From the NCBI GenBank assembly GCA_044229845.1, contig JBGASG010000005.1, forward strand, positions 349,078 to 413,077: a stretch of DNA of 64,000 bases, written 5' to 3'. Below the pieces are notes generated by a model that made no database searches, was not told the origin of the DNA, and saw only the letters and a program-made list of their open reading frames with translations. This document shows, piece by piece, positions 1 to 9,283 of the stretch. The position numbers and the translations under genes are program-made. This DNA is from Candidatus Obscuribacteraceae bacterium (GTDB taxonomy: Bacteria; Cyanobacteriota; Vampirovibrionia; Obscuribacterales; Obscuribacteraceae). Each line of letters starts with the position of its first letter. Position 1 is the stretch's first letter.

Positions 1-807
1 ATCCAGCTTCCTCCAGAAGAGCAAACACGCCCGCCCGATCACGCGCTTTTCATCTAAGAAGCCCCACACATGCGAGTCTTCGCTGTTATTACGATTGTCG
101 CCCAGCATGAATACCATGCCGGGAGGCACAATAATCGGCTCGTCGGCGCGATCTTTGTACGGCCGCTTGTCGTCGCCGATGGTGGCATGACCGATGTCGC
201 CCAGCTTGATAAGGTCGTAGGCGGGTGGATCCTTTATGTAGGAGGTCTCATTGAGAAACTTCTCGTCAACGAAAACGCCGACCCCGCGCTTGATTTTGAT
301 TTTTTCGCCGGGCAACCCGACAACGCGCTTGATAAACGCAGGCTCGTAGGGAAGAAACGGCAAGCCGGTCAACCGTCCCAGTACTGTGGCGGGATCGTTG
401 CTCAGGTCCTTGCCGCCAGGCAGTTGCGAGGCAGGTGGATAAAAGACGAGGATATCGCCACGCTTCGCTTCCTTACCCAGGTTCTTCGATATCTTTTCGA
501 CGAGTATGCGATCTTCGGCTTGCAGAGTCGGTTCCATCGAGCCGGATGGGATGTAGCGCGGCTCGACCAGTAATCCGCGAATGACAATCAGGATCAGGAG
601 CGTAACCACAACCAGCTCGGTGATTTCTTTGACGACGCCGAACGCGCTCATTTTTTCTTGCTTTGACTCGTCCTCTATGCCCAAGTCCGAGCCCGCAACA
701 GCATTCCCGCCTGCGTCACCTGCGTCTGCGGCGCGCAGCACTTTCGCCTCCGCATGGGCATTGGCGGATTCGCTGGCAGAGACAATTTTTTCGCTCGAGT
801 CAGTCAC
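1..807 (-). CDS. lepB: Signal peptidase I, paralogue 2 (3' end runs off the window)
   Basis: Not in the ORF track. Manual translation from GTG at 807 gives a TM segment, YIPSGSMEPTL (catalytic Ser) and MLGDNRNNSEDSHVWGF; the frame is open to position 1. Confidence 0.9.
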   Translation of the reverse strand, partial: MTDSSEKIVSASESANAHAEAKVLRAADAGDAGGNAVAGSDLGIEDESKQEKMSAFGVVKEITELVVVTLLILIVIRGLLVEPRYIPSGSMEPTLQAEDRILVEKISKNLGKEAKRGDILVFYPPASQLPGGKDLSNDPATVLGRLTGLPFLPYEPAFIKRVVGLPGEKIKIKRGVGVFVDEKFLNETSYIKDPPAYDLIKLGDIGHATIGDDKRPYKDRADEPIIVPPGMVFMLGDNRNNSEDSHVWGFLDEKRVIGRACLLFWRKLD

Positions 808-852
808 AAGTCACGACGAAATCTGAAGTTCCATCAGATCACGGGGCCTATT

Positions 853-1608
853 CTATTCGACTCGTTCGATTATCTGCTTGGAGAGAGAAGGGGGTATCTG
901 GAGCTGGCGCCAGAAGAGCAACCAGGCGCGACCAATGACACGATTTTGGTCGAGAAAACCCCAGGCGTGGCTGTCCTGGCTGTTATTGCGATTGTCGCCC
1001 ATCATAAACAGGTGACCTGCCGGCACTTTAATCTCGTTGTTGGCAATTTTGGGGTCGCCGTAGGGGCGGGTGCCGCCGCCGAATGGGTCGACACCGATGT
1101 CGCCCATCACCTTCAGGTCGTAATTCGGAGCATCCGGCGCGTAGCCGTCTTCGGTCAGCAGTTGACCGTTGACGAAAACACCCACACCCTTCTGGATGCG
1201 AATCACATCCCCGGGCAGTCCAATAATTCGTTTAATGTAGGCGGTTTCAGAGGGAAGAAACGGCAAGCCGGTCAGCCTGCCCAGAATGCTGAGCGGATCA
1301 TTACTCAGGTCTTTGCCGCCGGTTTGGGAGGGTGGCGGATAGAAAACCAGTATCTCGCCGCGCTGATACGGGCGATGCAGGTGTCCGGAGATTTTCTCAA
1401 CCAGCAGTCGATCTTCGATCTGCAAGGTCGGCTCCATAGAGCTGGACGGAATGTAGCGAGCCTCGGCAATCGCCCAGCGAATGGCAATCAGCAAGACAAG
1501 CACCATGACGACCAGTTCTACGACTTCGCGCACGAACCCCAATGGTCCGCTGGGCTTGCCTTTTTCCGGCGATTTCTTTTCTGAGGTCATTTCTTCGGTT
1601 GCGGTCAT
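853..1608 (-). CDS. lepB: Signal peptidase I
   Basis: YIPSSSMEPTL, YIKRIIGLPGD (catalytic Lys), GDNRNNSQDSH. Start placed at MTATEE (1608) because the longer ORF overlaps gcvPA. Confidence 0.93.
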   Translation of the reverse strand: MTATEEMTSEKKSPEKGKPSGPLGFVREVVELVVMVLVLLIAIRWAIAEARYIPSSSMEPTLQIEDRLLVEKISGHLHRPYQRGEILVFYPPPSQTGGKDLSNDPLSILGRLTGLPFLPSETAYIKRIIGLPGDVIRIQKGVGVFVNGQLLTEDGYAPDAPNYDLKVMGDIGVDPFGGGTRPYGDPKIANNEIKVPAGHLFMMGDNRNNSQDSHAWGFLDQNRVIGRAWLLFWRQLQIPPSLSKQIIERVE

Positions 1609-1631
1609 AGCAGAATTGATTTTCTCACTAA

Positions 1632-3056
1632 CTAACGTTTGTGCGCCAGCGCCGACTCGGCTTTGGCGGAACGGTCCTTGGCGCCCTGTCCGCCTGCGAT
1701 TTGCGCGACGGCTTCTGCATAACGCTCCAGTTCTGCCGGAGAATTTGTTTCCGTGACAGCAACCAACAAGCAATCTTTGTAGTCAGGCAAGAAACGGCCG
1801 AGTTCGATGCCGCCGAGAATGTTCTGTTCTTTCAATTCGTCGAGCAGCTGTGCGACCGGCACCGGCGACTGCAAAACGAACTCGTTGACGAAGGGCTGAT
1901 TGAAACGCAATTTCATTCCGCCTTTGCTGGTGAGAAGTTCAGCGAGATGATGGGCGCGGCGCACGCTGATTTCGGCGGCATCGCGCAAACCCTGCGGTCC
2001 GAGCAAAGTCAGGTAGACGAGCATGGCCAGCGCATTGAGCGCCTGGTTTGTGCAGATGTTCGACGTGGCGTTTTGCCGGCGAATATGTTGTTCGCGCGTC
2101 TGCAGTGTGAGCGTGAAAGCACGCTGTCCGCGGTTGTCCAGCGTCTGTCCGGCAAGCCTGCCCGGCAACTGACGCACAAATTTAGTGCGTGTTGCCATAA
2201 ATCCAGCAGTCGGTCCACCGAACGAGAGGTTGTTGCCGCATTGCTGCGCGTCACCAACGACGATATCAGCTCCAAAGGTTCCGGGCGGAGTCAAAAGACC
2301 CATGGCGATTGGGTCGGTGACCACGACCAGGAGGGTGCCGGTGGCTTCGGTCTGTTTCTTGATCGCTTCCAGATCTTCCAGGCAGCCGAAGTAGTTCGGA
2401 TATTGCACGACGAACGCCGCCGTTGCGTCATCGAATTTCAAAGCGGCCGCATCGACCACACCGTCGGCGGTCGGCACTGAGGTGTGCGCTACACCGGCGG
2501 TATCGAGCATGGTCCGCGTCACCAGCGCGTATTCGGGGTTGACCGATTGGGCGATCACTACTTTCTTGCGATCAGTCAGACGGCAAGCCATCATCGCCGC
2601 TTCGGCACAGGCAGTTTGTCCGTCGTACATGGATGCGTTTGCTACTTCCATGTCGGTGAGAAGGCATATGGCGGTCTGAAATTCATAGATGGCTTGCAGG
2701 CTGCCCTGGCTGACTTCAGGCTGGTAGGGCGTGTAGGCAGTGGCGAACTCACTGCGCGAAATAATGCTGCCCACCGATGCCGGCACAAATCTTCTGTATG
2801 AGCCGCCACCCAGGAAGCATGCTTGCTGCGAAGCCGGCTTATTCTTACGCGAGAGCTCCGCAACTTTCTGCGTCAACTCCAGCTCATTCAGTCCTGGAGC
2901 CAGGTTTAGCTCTTTGACGCGGATGTCTTTAGGGATGTGGGAGAGCAAGTCTTCAAACGTGCGGACGCCGATGGCTTTCAGCATCGCGTCGCGATCAGCC
3001 TGCGTATGAGGCAGGTAGGGGAAGTGGCTCTCATGCGTTTTGTTGCTTTCGCTCAT
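1632..3056 (-). CDS. gcvPA: Glycine dehydrogenase (decarboxylating) subunit 1
   Basis: YLPHT, FLGGG, TAYTPYQPEVSQG, NASMYDG, LQTREQHIRR..ATSNICTNQ; 474 aa fits the split P-protein alpha subunit. Confidence 0.95.
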   Translation of the reverse strand: MSESNKTHESHFPYLPHTQADRDAMLKAIGVRTFEDLLSHIPKDIRVKELNLAPGLNELELTQKVAELSRKNKPASQQACFLGGGSYRRFVPASVGSIISRSEFATAYTPYQPEVSQGSLQAIYEFQTAICLLTDMEVANASMYDGQTACAEAAMMACRLTDRKKVVIAQSVNPEYALVTRTMLDTAGVAHTSVPTADGVVDAAALKFDDATAAFVVQYPNYFGCLEDLEAIKKQTEATGTLLVVVTDPIAMGLLTPPGTFGADIVVGDAQQCGNNLSFGGPTAGFMATRTKFVRQLPGRLAGQTLDNRGQRAFTLTLQTREQHIRRQNATSNICTNQALNALAMLVYLTLLGPQGLRDAAEISVRRAHHLAELLTSKGGMKLRFNQPFVNEFVLQSPVPVAQLLDELKEQNILGGIELGRFLPDYKDCLLVAVTETNSPAELERYAEAVAQIAGGQGAKDRSAKAESALAHKR

Positions 3057-3272
3057 GCTGAAGAATCCTGGCTGAAACCTGTGTGGGCGCGCAAACTCGC
3101 GCTATTACGGTCTTATGAAGGTTCAATTTAGCACGATTAGCCTTTCAACTCATGCGAAGATCTCAGGGCGTGTAGCGTGGCAACATATAAAATTACACTC
3201 AGTTAGAGAGTGCGCGCGCATCCGTCGTTGTTGCTCACCCCGTCCCCTGACAGTCCGCGCGGCATCCGGCAC

Positions 3273-4025
3273 ATGACACAAGAAACAAGCAAACTCAAAC
3301 TCATAGTAGGGCTTGGCAATCCCGAACCTCGCTATTGGGAAACTCGCCACAACGCCGGTTTCTGGATTGTCGATCGCATAGCCACCAAATATAGTATCAA
3401 TCTGCAACACAAAAAGGACCTGTTCGCCGATACGACAAAAGTCAACATAGGGCGGCAGGAAGTGGTCCTGGCCAAACCTACTACATATATGAATCTGTCC
3501 GGCCGCTCGATCGCCGCGTTTTTGCACTGGTACAAAATCGACGCCGCAGACCTGCTGATTATTCACGACGAGGTGGCTTTGCCGCTCGGCAAGATTCGCA
3601 TGCAGCACGGCGGCGGTGCCGGCGGGCACCACGGCATCGAGTCGACGTTCGAGTCGATCGGCAAAGATAAGGTTTTCGACCGTCTACGCATCGGTGTCGG
3701 ACCCGATCCGGGCGGGGATATCCGCGGACATTTTGTGCTTTCGCCGATTGCCGAGGAAGACCGCGAGTTGAAAGAGAAATCGCTGGCAATGGCTACCGAT
3801 GCGGTTTACATGTGGCTCGCGCGCGGCCATAAAGATGTGGCGAACAAATTCAACGGCATGGACCTGCGTCCCAAACCGCCGGAACCGGAACCGCCCGCCC
3901 CCGAGCCCCAGGGTCCAGCGGACGAGCCGCCACCGGCCGCACCAAATTCAGAGGTGCCACCACCGCCGACACCGCAATCGAAAGACGAACCACCCCACCG
4001 CACAGACGAATCACCGCCGCCGTAG
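3273..4025 (+). CDS. pth: Peptidyl-tRNA hydrolase with Pro-rich C-terminal tail
   Basis: LIVGLGNP, TRHNAGF, KPTTYMNLSG, HDE, GGHHGI, RLRIGVG. Confidence 0.95.
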   Translation: MTQETSKLKLIVGLGNPEPRYWETRHNAGFWIVDRIATKYSINLQHKKDLFADTTKVNIGRQEVVLAKPTTYMNLSGRSIAAFLHWYKIDAADLLIIHDEVALPLGKIRMQHGGGAGGHHGIESTFESIGKDKVFDRLRIGVGPDPGGDIRGHFVLSPIAEEDRELKEKSLAMATDAVYMWLARGHKDVANKFNGMDLRPKPPEPEPPAPEPQGPADEPPPAAPNSEVPPPPTPQSKDEPPHRTDESPPP

Positions 4026-4033
4026 GGCATTCA

Positions 4034-4146
4034 TTGGCATACCATATACGTATGCCAAAACCGATTTAGGATACGTATATGGTATCTTCGGCCGGCATAC
4101 CAAATACGTATCTCAAACCCAAAATTGCATACGTATATGGTATCTT
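4034..4146. repeat. Intergenic array of four ~17-bp quasi-palindromes in alternating orientation (58-bp period, BIME/REP-like)
   Basis: GCATACCATATACGTATGC (4037), GATACGTATATGGTATC (4070), GCATACCAAATACGTATC (4095), GCATACGTATATGGTATC (4127). Confidence 0.75.
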
Positions 4147-4713
4147 GCGAAACCAGCGCTGTTTCACCACCCCAAGCAGGTCTGAAAAGACGCGGAGATG
4201 TGATTTCCGATTACTTTTGCACGGTCGCTACAGATAGTGGTGGCACATGGCGCAAGTTGGTCGAGCTTGCTGGCATGCCGTGGTGGCGCCTGCGGTATCA
4301 AAGTGACATCGACAACCACACGTTGGCAACGGATTTTGTCGGCTCAAATGCCTACTGAAAACGCGGTTGAAAATAGTTTCAAATCCAAGCCGGGACATCC
4401 GATGCGTATGCTTTCGGCAACAGTTGGGATTACACGTGCTCAAGGTTAAACGAAAGACATCTTTCGTCAGCGCTGACTGACATCTGCAATTTGCCGGAAT
4501 CCCGCATGAATACGAGCATTTAACGCGTTACGCATTGTTTCGAAAAATGGGTTAGGTATCAGAATATGCGAGTTCAGCGCTGAAATAATATCTACGACGA
4601 AAAAGAAGCGGCAGCATGCGGATTCCCAAGACAACACGAATTTTCACTGTGACACCAACCGTGCGTGCCTGGGTTTATTGACCCGGGCATTTCTGTGAGA
4701 TAGGAAGCAAAGT

Positions 4714-6102
4714 ATGTATTTGACAGACAGGCTGATTAGCACCCAAGAAGGAAGTGCATCGCGCAATTTCTTCATTTCGGCTGTTTTCTGGTCGCTGATT
4801 GGCATGGGCGCCGGATTGTTTGCCGCATTGGAATTCTCATTCCCAGACCTCGTGCACAACGTACCGCAGCTCTCGATGCCACACCTGCGGATGCTGCACG
4901 TCAATGCTGTCGCCATCGGCTGGCTGTCGATGGCTTATATCGGTTCGATGTTCTACATGATTCCGTCTCTGACCAAAACCAAACTGTGGAGCGAGCGTCT
5001 GGGCAACATGACCATGTGGGCCTGGAATTTGCTCATGATCGGCGCATTTTGCACCCTGCTCAATGGTTACACGGAAGGTCGCGAGTATGCCGAGCTTGGA
5101 GCAGTTCTGGATACAGTGGCAGTGATCGGACTGATCTGTGTCGCTCTCAACTGCTACATGACCGTGATCAACCGCCGTGTCAAAAAGCTCTATGTCAGTC
5201 TCTGGTACTTCTTGGGCGCGCTCTTCTGGTTCCCGCTCGTCTACATCATTGGACAGCGCACCTTCGTGCAATTGAATGGCTTGAACGATGCCATCATCGG
5301 TTGGTTCTACGGACACAACATTCTTGGTATGTGGTTCACCACTGTCGGTGTCGGCATGATGTATTACCTCTTGCCACGTTTGACCAACAACCCGCTTTAC
5401 AGCCACGGTCTCTCTATGCTGGGCTTCTGGGGCATCGCCCTTTTCTATGCACCAACCGGCACGCACCACATCACCCAGTCGCCCGTCCCGGAGTGGCTGA
5501 AAGCAATCGCTATCATCTCGTCCATATTTCTCCTCGTTCCTGTTTTCACTGTCCTTACTAACTTCTTCATGACTATGAAGGGCAAGTGGCAGCTGATGGT
5601 GTCTGACATGACGCTGAGGTTCACCATCACATCAGCGATTTTCTATTACATTACTTGCGTGCAGGGACCTTTCCAGGCAACACGCTGGGTCAACTGGTAT
5701 CTGCACTTCACTCAGTGGGTTGTAGGACATGCTCACTTGGCGTTGCTGGGGACGTTCTCGTTTATCAGTGTGGCGGCCATCTACTACGGGTTGCCACGTC
5801 TGACCGGAAGACCCTGGTACAGCCAGGGTCTGATTCGTGCCCACTACTGGCTGAAGACATTGGGGTTCGGAGCGATGATGACCGTACTGACAATTGCCGG
5901 ACTCATCCAGTCGGCTGGTTGGCAGATGGGCATTCCGGTTGACCAATGGGGACTGCAGATTCGCCCTTACTGGTGGCTGAGATCCATAAGCGGCATCATG
6001 ATCTTCACTGGACAGTGCCTCTTTGCCTACAACATCTACCGCACACTCTACACACCGACCGCCGTCGCGTCGGTGAAGAAAGGTCAGGAGGTTAAGGCGT
6101 AA
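4714..6102 (+). CDS. ccoN: C-family (cbb3-type) haem-copper oxygen reductase subunit I
   Basis: RMLHVNAV (haem b His), GREYAE, WFYGHN (CuB His), FYAPTGTHH (helix VII Tyr and two CuB His), HFTQWVVGHAH; about 12 TM. Confidence 0.92.
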   Translation: MYLTDRLISTQEGSASRNFFISAVFWSLIGMGAGLFAALEFSFPDLVHNVPQLSMPHLRMLHVNAVAIGWLSMAYIGSMFYMIPSLTKTKLWSERLGNMTMWAWNLLMIGAFCTLLNGYTEGREYAELGAVLDTVAVIGLICVALNCYMTVINRRVKKLYVSLWYFLGALFWFPLVYIIGQRTFVQLNGLNDAIIGWFYGHNILGMWFTTVGVGMMYYLLPRLTNNPLYSHGLSMLGFWGIALFYAPTGTHHITQSPVPEWLKAIAIISSIFLLVPVFTVLTNFFMTMKGKWQLMVSDMTLRFTITSAIFYYITCVQGPFQATRWVNWYLHFTQWVVGHAHLALLGTFSFISVAAIYYGLPRLTGRPWYSQGLIRAHYWLKTLGFGAMMTVLTIAGLIQSAGWQMGIPVDQWGLQIRPYWWLRSISGIMIFTGQCLFAYNIYRTLYTPTAVASVKKGQEVKA

Positions 6103-7040
6103 TGAACGGCTATCGCCTGGGCGCATCAGGAATCATCATTACTTTCTTCACTATTATCACCGCCACCGTGCTACTGCCGATGGTGCTGTTCAATCCGAAG
6201 CCTTCCGGTCATGGCAACGACTATACTTCGGCAGCGGTGACCAAAGTTGCCGATCCGGTACGCGGACGGCAGATCTATGTGAGAGAAGGCTGCGTTTATT
6301 GCCACACTCAGTTCACACGCTTACAGGATCGTGGCTACGGACCGTTGGTGAAGGCCGGGGACTTCACCCAGGAAACTCCACACCAGCTTGGCACCGCACG
6401 GACCGGTCCGGATCTAACGAATGAGGGCGGAAGATTTCCATCCGAGTGGCAAAAAGCCCACCTGATTCAACCTCGGGCCGTGAAGCCTGGATCTATTATG
6501 CCGAGCTTCAGCTATTTGTCGGACCGAGATATGAATGACTTGGTGGCATATATTCAGACTCTTGGGAACATGCGGGTAGTCAATCACTTCGTGGAGGCGC
6601 CGGAGGAATACAAGGCATACCTGGCAAAGAAAACAGTTGATACTAATGCCGATGCCTCAGCTAACGCCGGTCGTGGCATCTACACGCAGAACTGCGCTGC
6701 CTGTCACGGACTGGAAGGATACGGCAACGGTCCCAACGCCATCTCGCTCGAGAAGAAGCCAGCCAACTTTACCCGTCCTTTTTATAAGCAGTATCCGGAT
6801 GACTTCTGGTTCTACCGCATAAGTGAAGGTGTAGCAGGCACACGTATGCCGCGTTTCGGTGAAGTGCTCTCCCCTGAGCAGCGCTGGTATCTGGTTGCAT
6901 ACCTCAAGACTCTGCCTCGCGATCAGGAAGTGGTGATTGACAAGCTTGATCAACTCAACCCGGTCGATGCAGTCAAGCTGCCGAAACTCTCCAAGCAATT
7001 GTGGGAACCAGCTTCCGGCGGAGACGAGGAGGGTCACTAA
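6102..7040 (+). CDS. ccoO: cbb3 subunit II (CcoO) fused to a second cytochrome c domain
   Basis: N-terminal TM, GRQIYVREGCVYCH, RTGPDL, SIMPSF; second haem site CAACH with RMP ligand; TAATG coupling to ccoN. Confidence 0.88.
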   Translation: MNGYRLGASGIIITFFTIITATVLLPMVLFNPKPSGHGNDYTSAAVTKVADPVRGRQIYVREGCVYCHTQFTRLQDRGYGPLVKAGDFTQETPHQLGTARTGPDLTNEGGRFPSEWQKAHLIQPRAVKPGSIMPSFSYLSDRDMNDLVAYIQTLGNMRVVNHFVEAPEEYKAYLAKKTVDTNADASANAGRGIYTQNCAACHGLEGYGNGPNAISLEKKPANFTRPFYKQYPDDFWFYRISEGVAGTRMPRFGEVLSPEQRWYLVAYLKTLPRDQEVVIDKLDQLNPVDAVKLPKLSKQLWEPASGGDEEGH

Positions 7041-7394
7041 ATGTGTCCAAATTGCATTCTTAACCAGGTTGGTCTTCAGTCGGGCATCTATGTTGCCTTC
7101 TTCGTTTGCGGGGTTTTCTTCTTAGCCGCCATGGGCGCCATGTGGTTTGCTTTCAAGAATGGTGATTTTGAAGACATGGAGGGTTCGAAATTCGACATGC
7201 TCGATGATGTTGAAGATGGAACGGAAGCAGCCCACGCCCGCGCGCGTTTCGAACGCGCCCGCCGCGAAAGAGCCGATGCGCGCGCTGAGTTCGGCGGAAA
7301 TGGTAGCGATGACATCAGTCACGCATCGACGGCATCATCAGCATCAGAATCATCAAGTTCAGACCGGGAGGAAGTAGAAAGTGCCAGACGATAA
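7041..7394 (+). CDS. CcoS/FixS-like oxidase maturation protein with N-terminal CxxC
   Basis: Single TM followed by W.FKNGDFEDME, resembling the CcoS GQFDD motif; position within the operon. Confidence 0.6.
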   Translation: MCPNCILNQVGLQSGIYVAFFVCGVFFLAAMGAMWFAFKNGDFEDMEGSKFDMLDDVEDGTEAAHARARFERARRERADARAEFGGNGSDDISHASTASSASESSSSDREEVESARR

Positions 7395-7623
7395 CGAATC
7401 GCTAGCCAAAGGTTCCGGATCGGCCGCAGGCGAAGTGGCCAAGAGCACCAAAGCCGCTGCCACCACAGCCGGTGCCTCCACTGAACCGGCCGAGGAAGGC
7501 CACTACGAAGTGGTCGCCGAATATCGCATCGGCGAAGGGCCACCGCCGATTGCATTGGTCGTTATGTTCGCCCTGATCGTCTTGTGGGCATCCGTCTCAT
7601 GGGTGCCATTCTTCGGTTATTAG
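7381..7623 (+). CDS. Small single-TM protein of the respiratory operon
   Basis: 80 aa with a C-terminal TM; overlaps the upstream gene in the same orientation. Confidence 0.6.
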   Translation: MPDDNESLAKGSGSAAGEVAKSTKAAATTAGASTEPAEEGHYEVVAEYRIGEGPPPIALVVMFALIVLWASVSWVPFFGY

Positions 7624-7668
7624 GCTCCGTATTTATACTAGTTAGAGCGCTGAAAGTATCCAACCAAA

Positions 7669-8706
7669 ATGAAACTCAAGAAGACCCTAGCTCCGATGAC
7701 TATCCTGCCGGCAATAGCGGCATCGTTTCTCGCAGGCTGCGGCGGCGATAACGGCGTAGTGACGCTGAAGGGCGATCAAGCCGCTCAGTTTGGCGACACC
7801 AAATTGACCCAGGCTCCGGTCGGTACCGTCCTCTATCCGGATGACAGACCGTCGGAAGACGACGGCAAAGCGCTCTACCAGGCGCAAAACTGCGCTTCCT
7901 GTCACGGCGCCGACGGCAGCTCGATAGCGCCCGGTGCCAAGGCAGCCCTGTCCGACCCTCTCTGGGCCGGCAAGAAACGCCCCGTCGAGGAGTTCATCTT
8001 CCTTACTTATGGCGACAAAAATATCAAAGGCCACGAGAAACCGCTGCGCGACACTCTCAGCCGCCGCGAAATCTGGAACCTGGTTGCTTACAGCCGCGCT
8101 CTGGCGGCGCCGCTTCTGACCAAAGAAGAGATGGATGCAGTACTGCCGGTCTTCGGTGCCAACTGCGCAGTCTGCCACGGCACCAAAGGCGATGGCGACG
8201 GACCGCTTATGCGTAACCTCGAGCCCGCCCCGGCTAACTTCCAGGTCTTCGCCCGCTTCTACGACCGCGATGACGATACGCTCTACGACCACATCGCCAA
8301 CGGCATTCGCTGGGAAGGCATGCCTAACTTCCTCGGCAAGAAAGATCCTCGCAACAAAGTAGAATTCGATCAAAAATATATTCGTAAGCTGGTTGCTTAC
8401 GTCCGCGCTTTCCACTTCAGCACTGCGCCGACACTAACGGCAAATTCCAAGCCCAGCACTGTGGGCGGCACTGATTCTTTACCGCCGACTCCGCCTACAG
8501 GCTCTGACCTCGGGCACAAAGACCAGACACAACCTGAACAAAGCAAAACTCCGGCCAGCGCAGGACAGCATGAAGTCCCCAGCTCTCCAGCCGAGTCAGC
8601 ATCTCCGAGTTCGGGATCGGCCACGGGTACTGAACCTATTAATTCACCGTCGTCTCCGTCGAGCAACGCAACGCCCGCCGGCGGAACGACAAATCCACAG
8701 CATTGA
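7669..8706 (+). CDS. Dihaem cytochrome c lipoprotein (CcoP/c1 functional analogue)
   Basis: Lipobox LAGC, CASCH and CAVCH, GMP ligand motif, Ser/Pro/Thr-rich tail. Confidence 0.85.
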   Translation: MKLKKTLAPMTILPAIAASFLAGCGGDNGVVTLKGDQAAQFGDTKLTQAPVGTVLYPDDRPSEDDGKALYQAQNCASCHGADGSSIAPGAKAALSDPLWAGKKRPVEEFIFLTYGDKNIKGHEKPLRDTLSRREIWNLVAYSRALAAPLLTKEEMDAVLPVFGANCAVCHGTKGDGDGPLMRNLEPAPANFQVFARFYDRDDDTLYDHIANGIRWEGMPNFLGKKDPRNKVEFDQKYIRKLVAYVRAFHFSTAPTLTANSKPSTVGGTDSLPPTPPTGSDLGHKDQTQPEQSKTPASAGQHEVPSSPAESASPSSGSATGTEPINSPSSPSSNATPAGGTTNPQH

Positions 8707-8716
8707 GGACAGGACA

Positions 8717-9283
8717 ATGGCAGAGGGAACATCTAGAAGATTACTTTTGAAGACGCTGGCGGCGGTGCCCCTGGCGCTCACGTTCGGTCTGGTGGCGTCA
8801 CCGATGGTGCGCTTCTTGCTGCCGACCCGCAAACCGCTCGACCTGCTGGGACCATCGGATCAGCCGTCGGCTATGAAGGACGTTTCCTTCAATCAGAGTG
8901 ACTTCGCCGAACCGTGGACCTGCCTGCCGTTCACCTTCGAGCAGAAATACTTAGAATACAATCCGGAAGGCATGGAAGTCCGCAAAGTGCCGGGCTTCGC
9001 AGTCAAACTGCCCTCCGGCGAAGTGGTCGCGTACAGCCGCATTTGCCCGCACCTGGGCTGCATCTTCAACTTCGTCAAAGATCCGGAAGAGTGTGCCAAA
9101 GGCTACAACTTCAAACCGAACGGACCGGTATTTGCCTGTCCGTGTCACTTGAGCGTGTATGACATCGCTCAAGCCGGCAAGGTCGTCAGTGGACCGGCTC
9201 CGCGTCCGCCACGCCAGTTTACGACCAAGACCGAAGGCGACAAGATCTCTATCGTTTCATTGGAGGCTGGGGGCATTGCCTGA
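8717..9283 (+). CDS. Rieske [2Fe-2S] subunit of a bc-type complex
   Basis: Tat motif SRRLLLK and TM; CPHLGC and CPCHLSVY boxes; GPAPRP. Start at ATG 8717 after AGGAC. Confidence 0.93.
   Translation: MAEGTSRRLLLKTLAAVPLALTFGLVASPMVRFLLPTRKPLDLLGPSDQPSAMKDVSFNQSDFAEPWTCLPFTFEQKYLEYNPEGMEVRKVPGFAVKLPSGEVVAYSRICPHLGCIFNFVKDPEECAKGYNFKPNGPVFACPCHLSVYDIAQAGKVVSGPAPRPPRQFTTKTEGDKISIVSLEAGGIA

Noticed and set aside
3057..3272. Glycine riboswitch upstream of gcvPA
   Set aside because: No GGAGA/CCGAAG/CTCTCAGG aptamer pattern on the minus strand.
4034..4146. CRISPR array
   Set aside because: Repeats are about 17 bp, alternate in orientation and have very short spacers; no cas genes in the window.
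4714..6102. Nitric oxide reductase NorB
   Set aside because: It has GHN in helix VI without the HxxxE Glu, has the helix-VII Tyr and is followed by ccoO; this fits a C-family O2 reductase.
9159..9275. N-terminal 39 aa of the 643-aa cytochrome b ORF (similarly the extended starts at 8570, 37825, 1773)
   Set aside because: They overlap upstream genes; better starts with RBS or stop-start coupling lie downstream.
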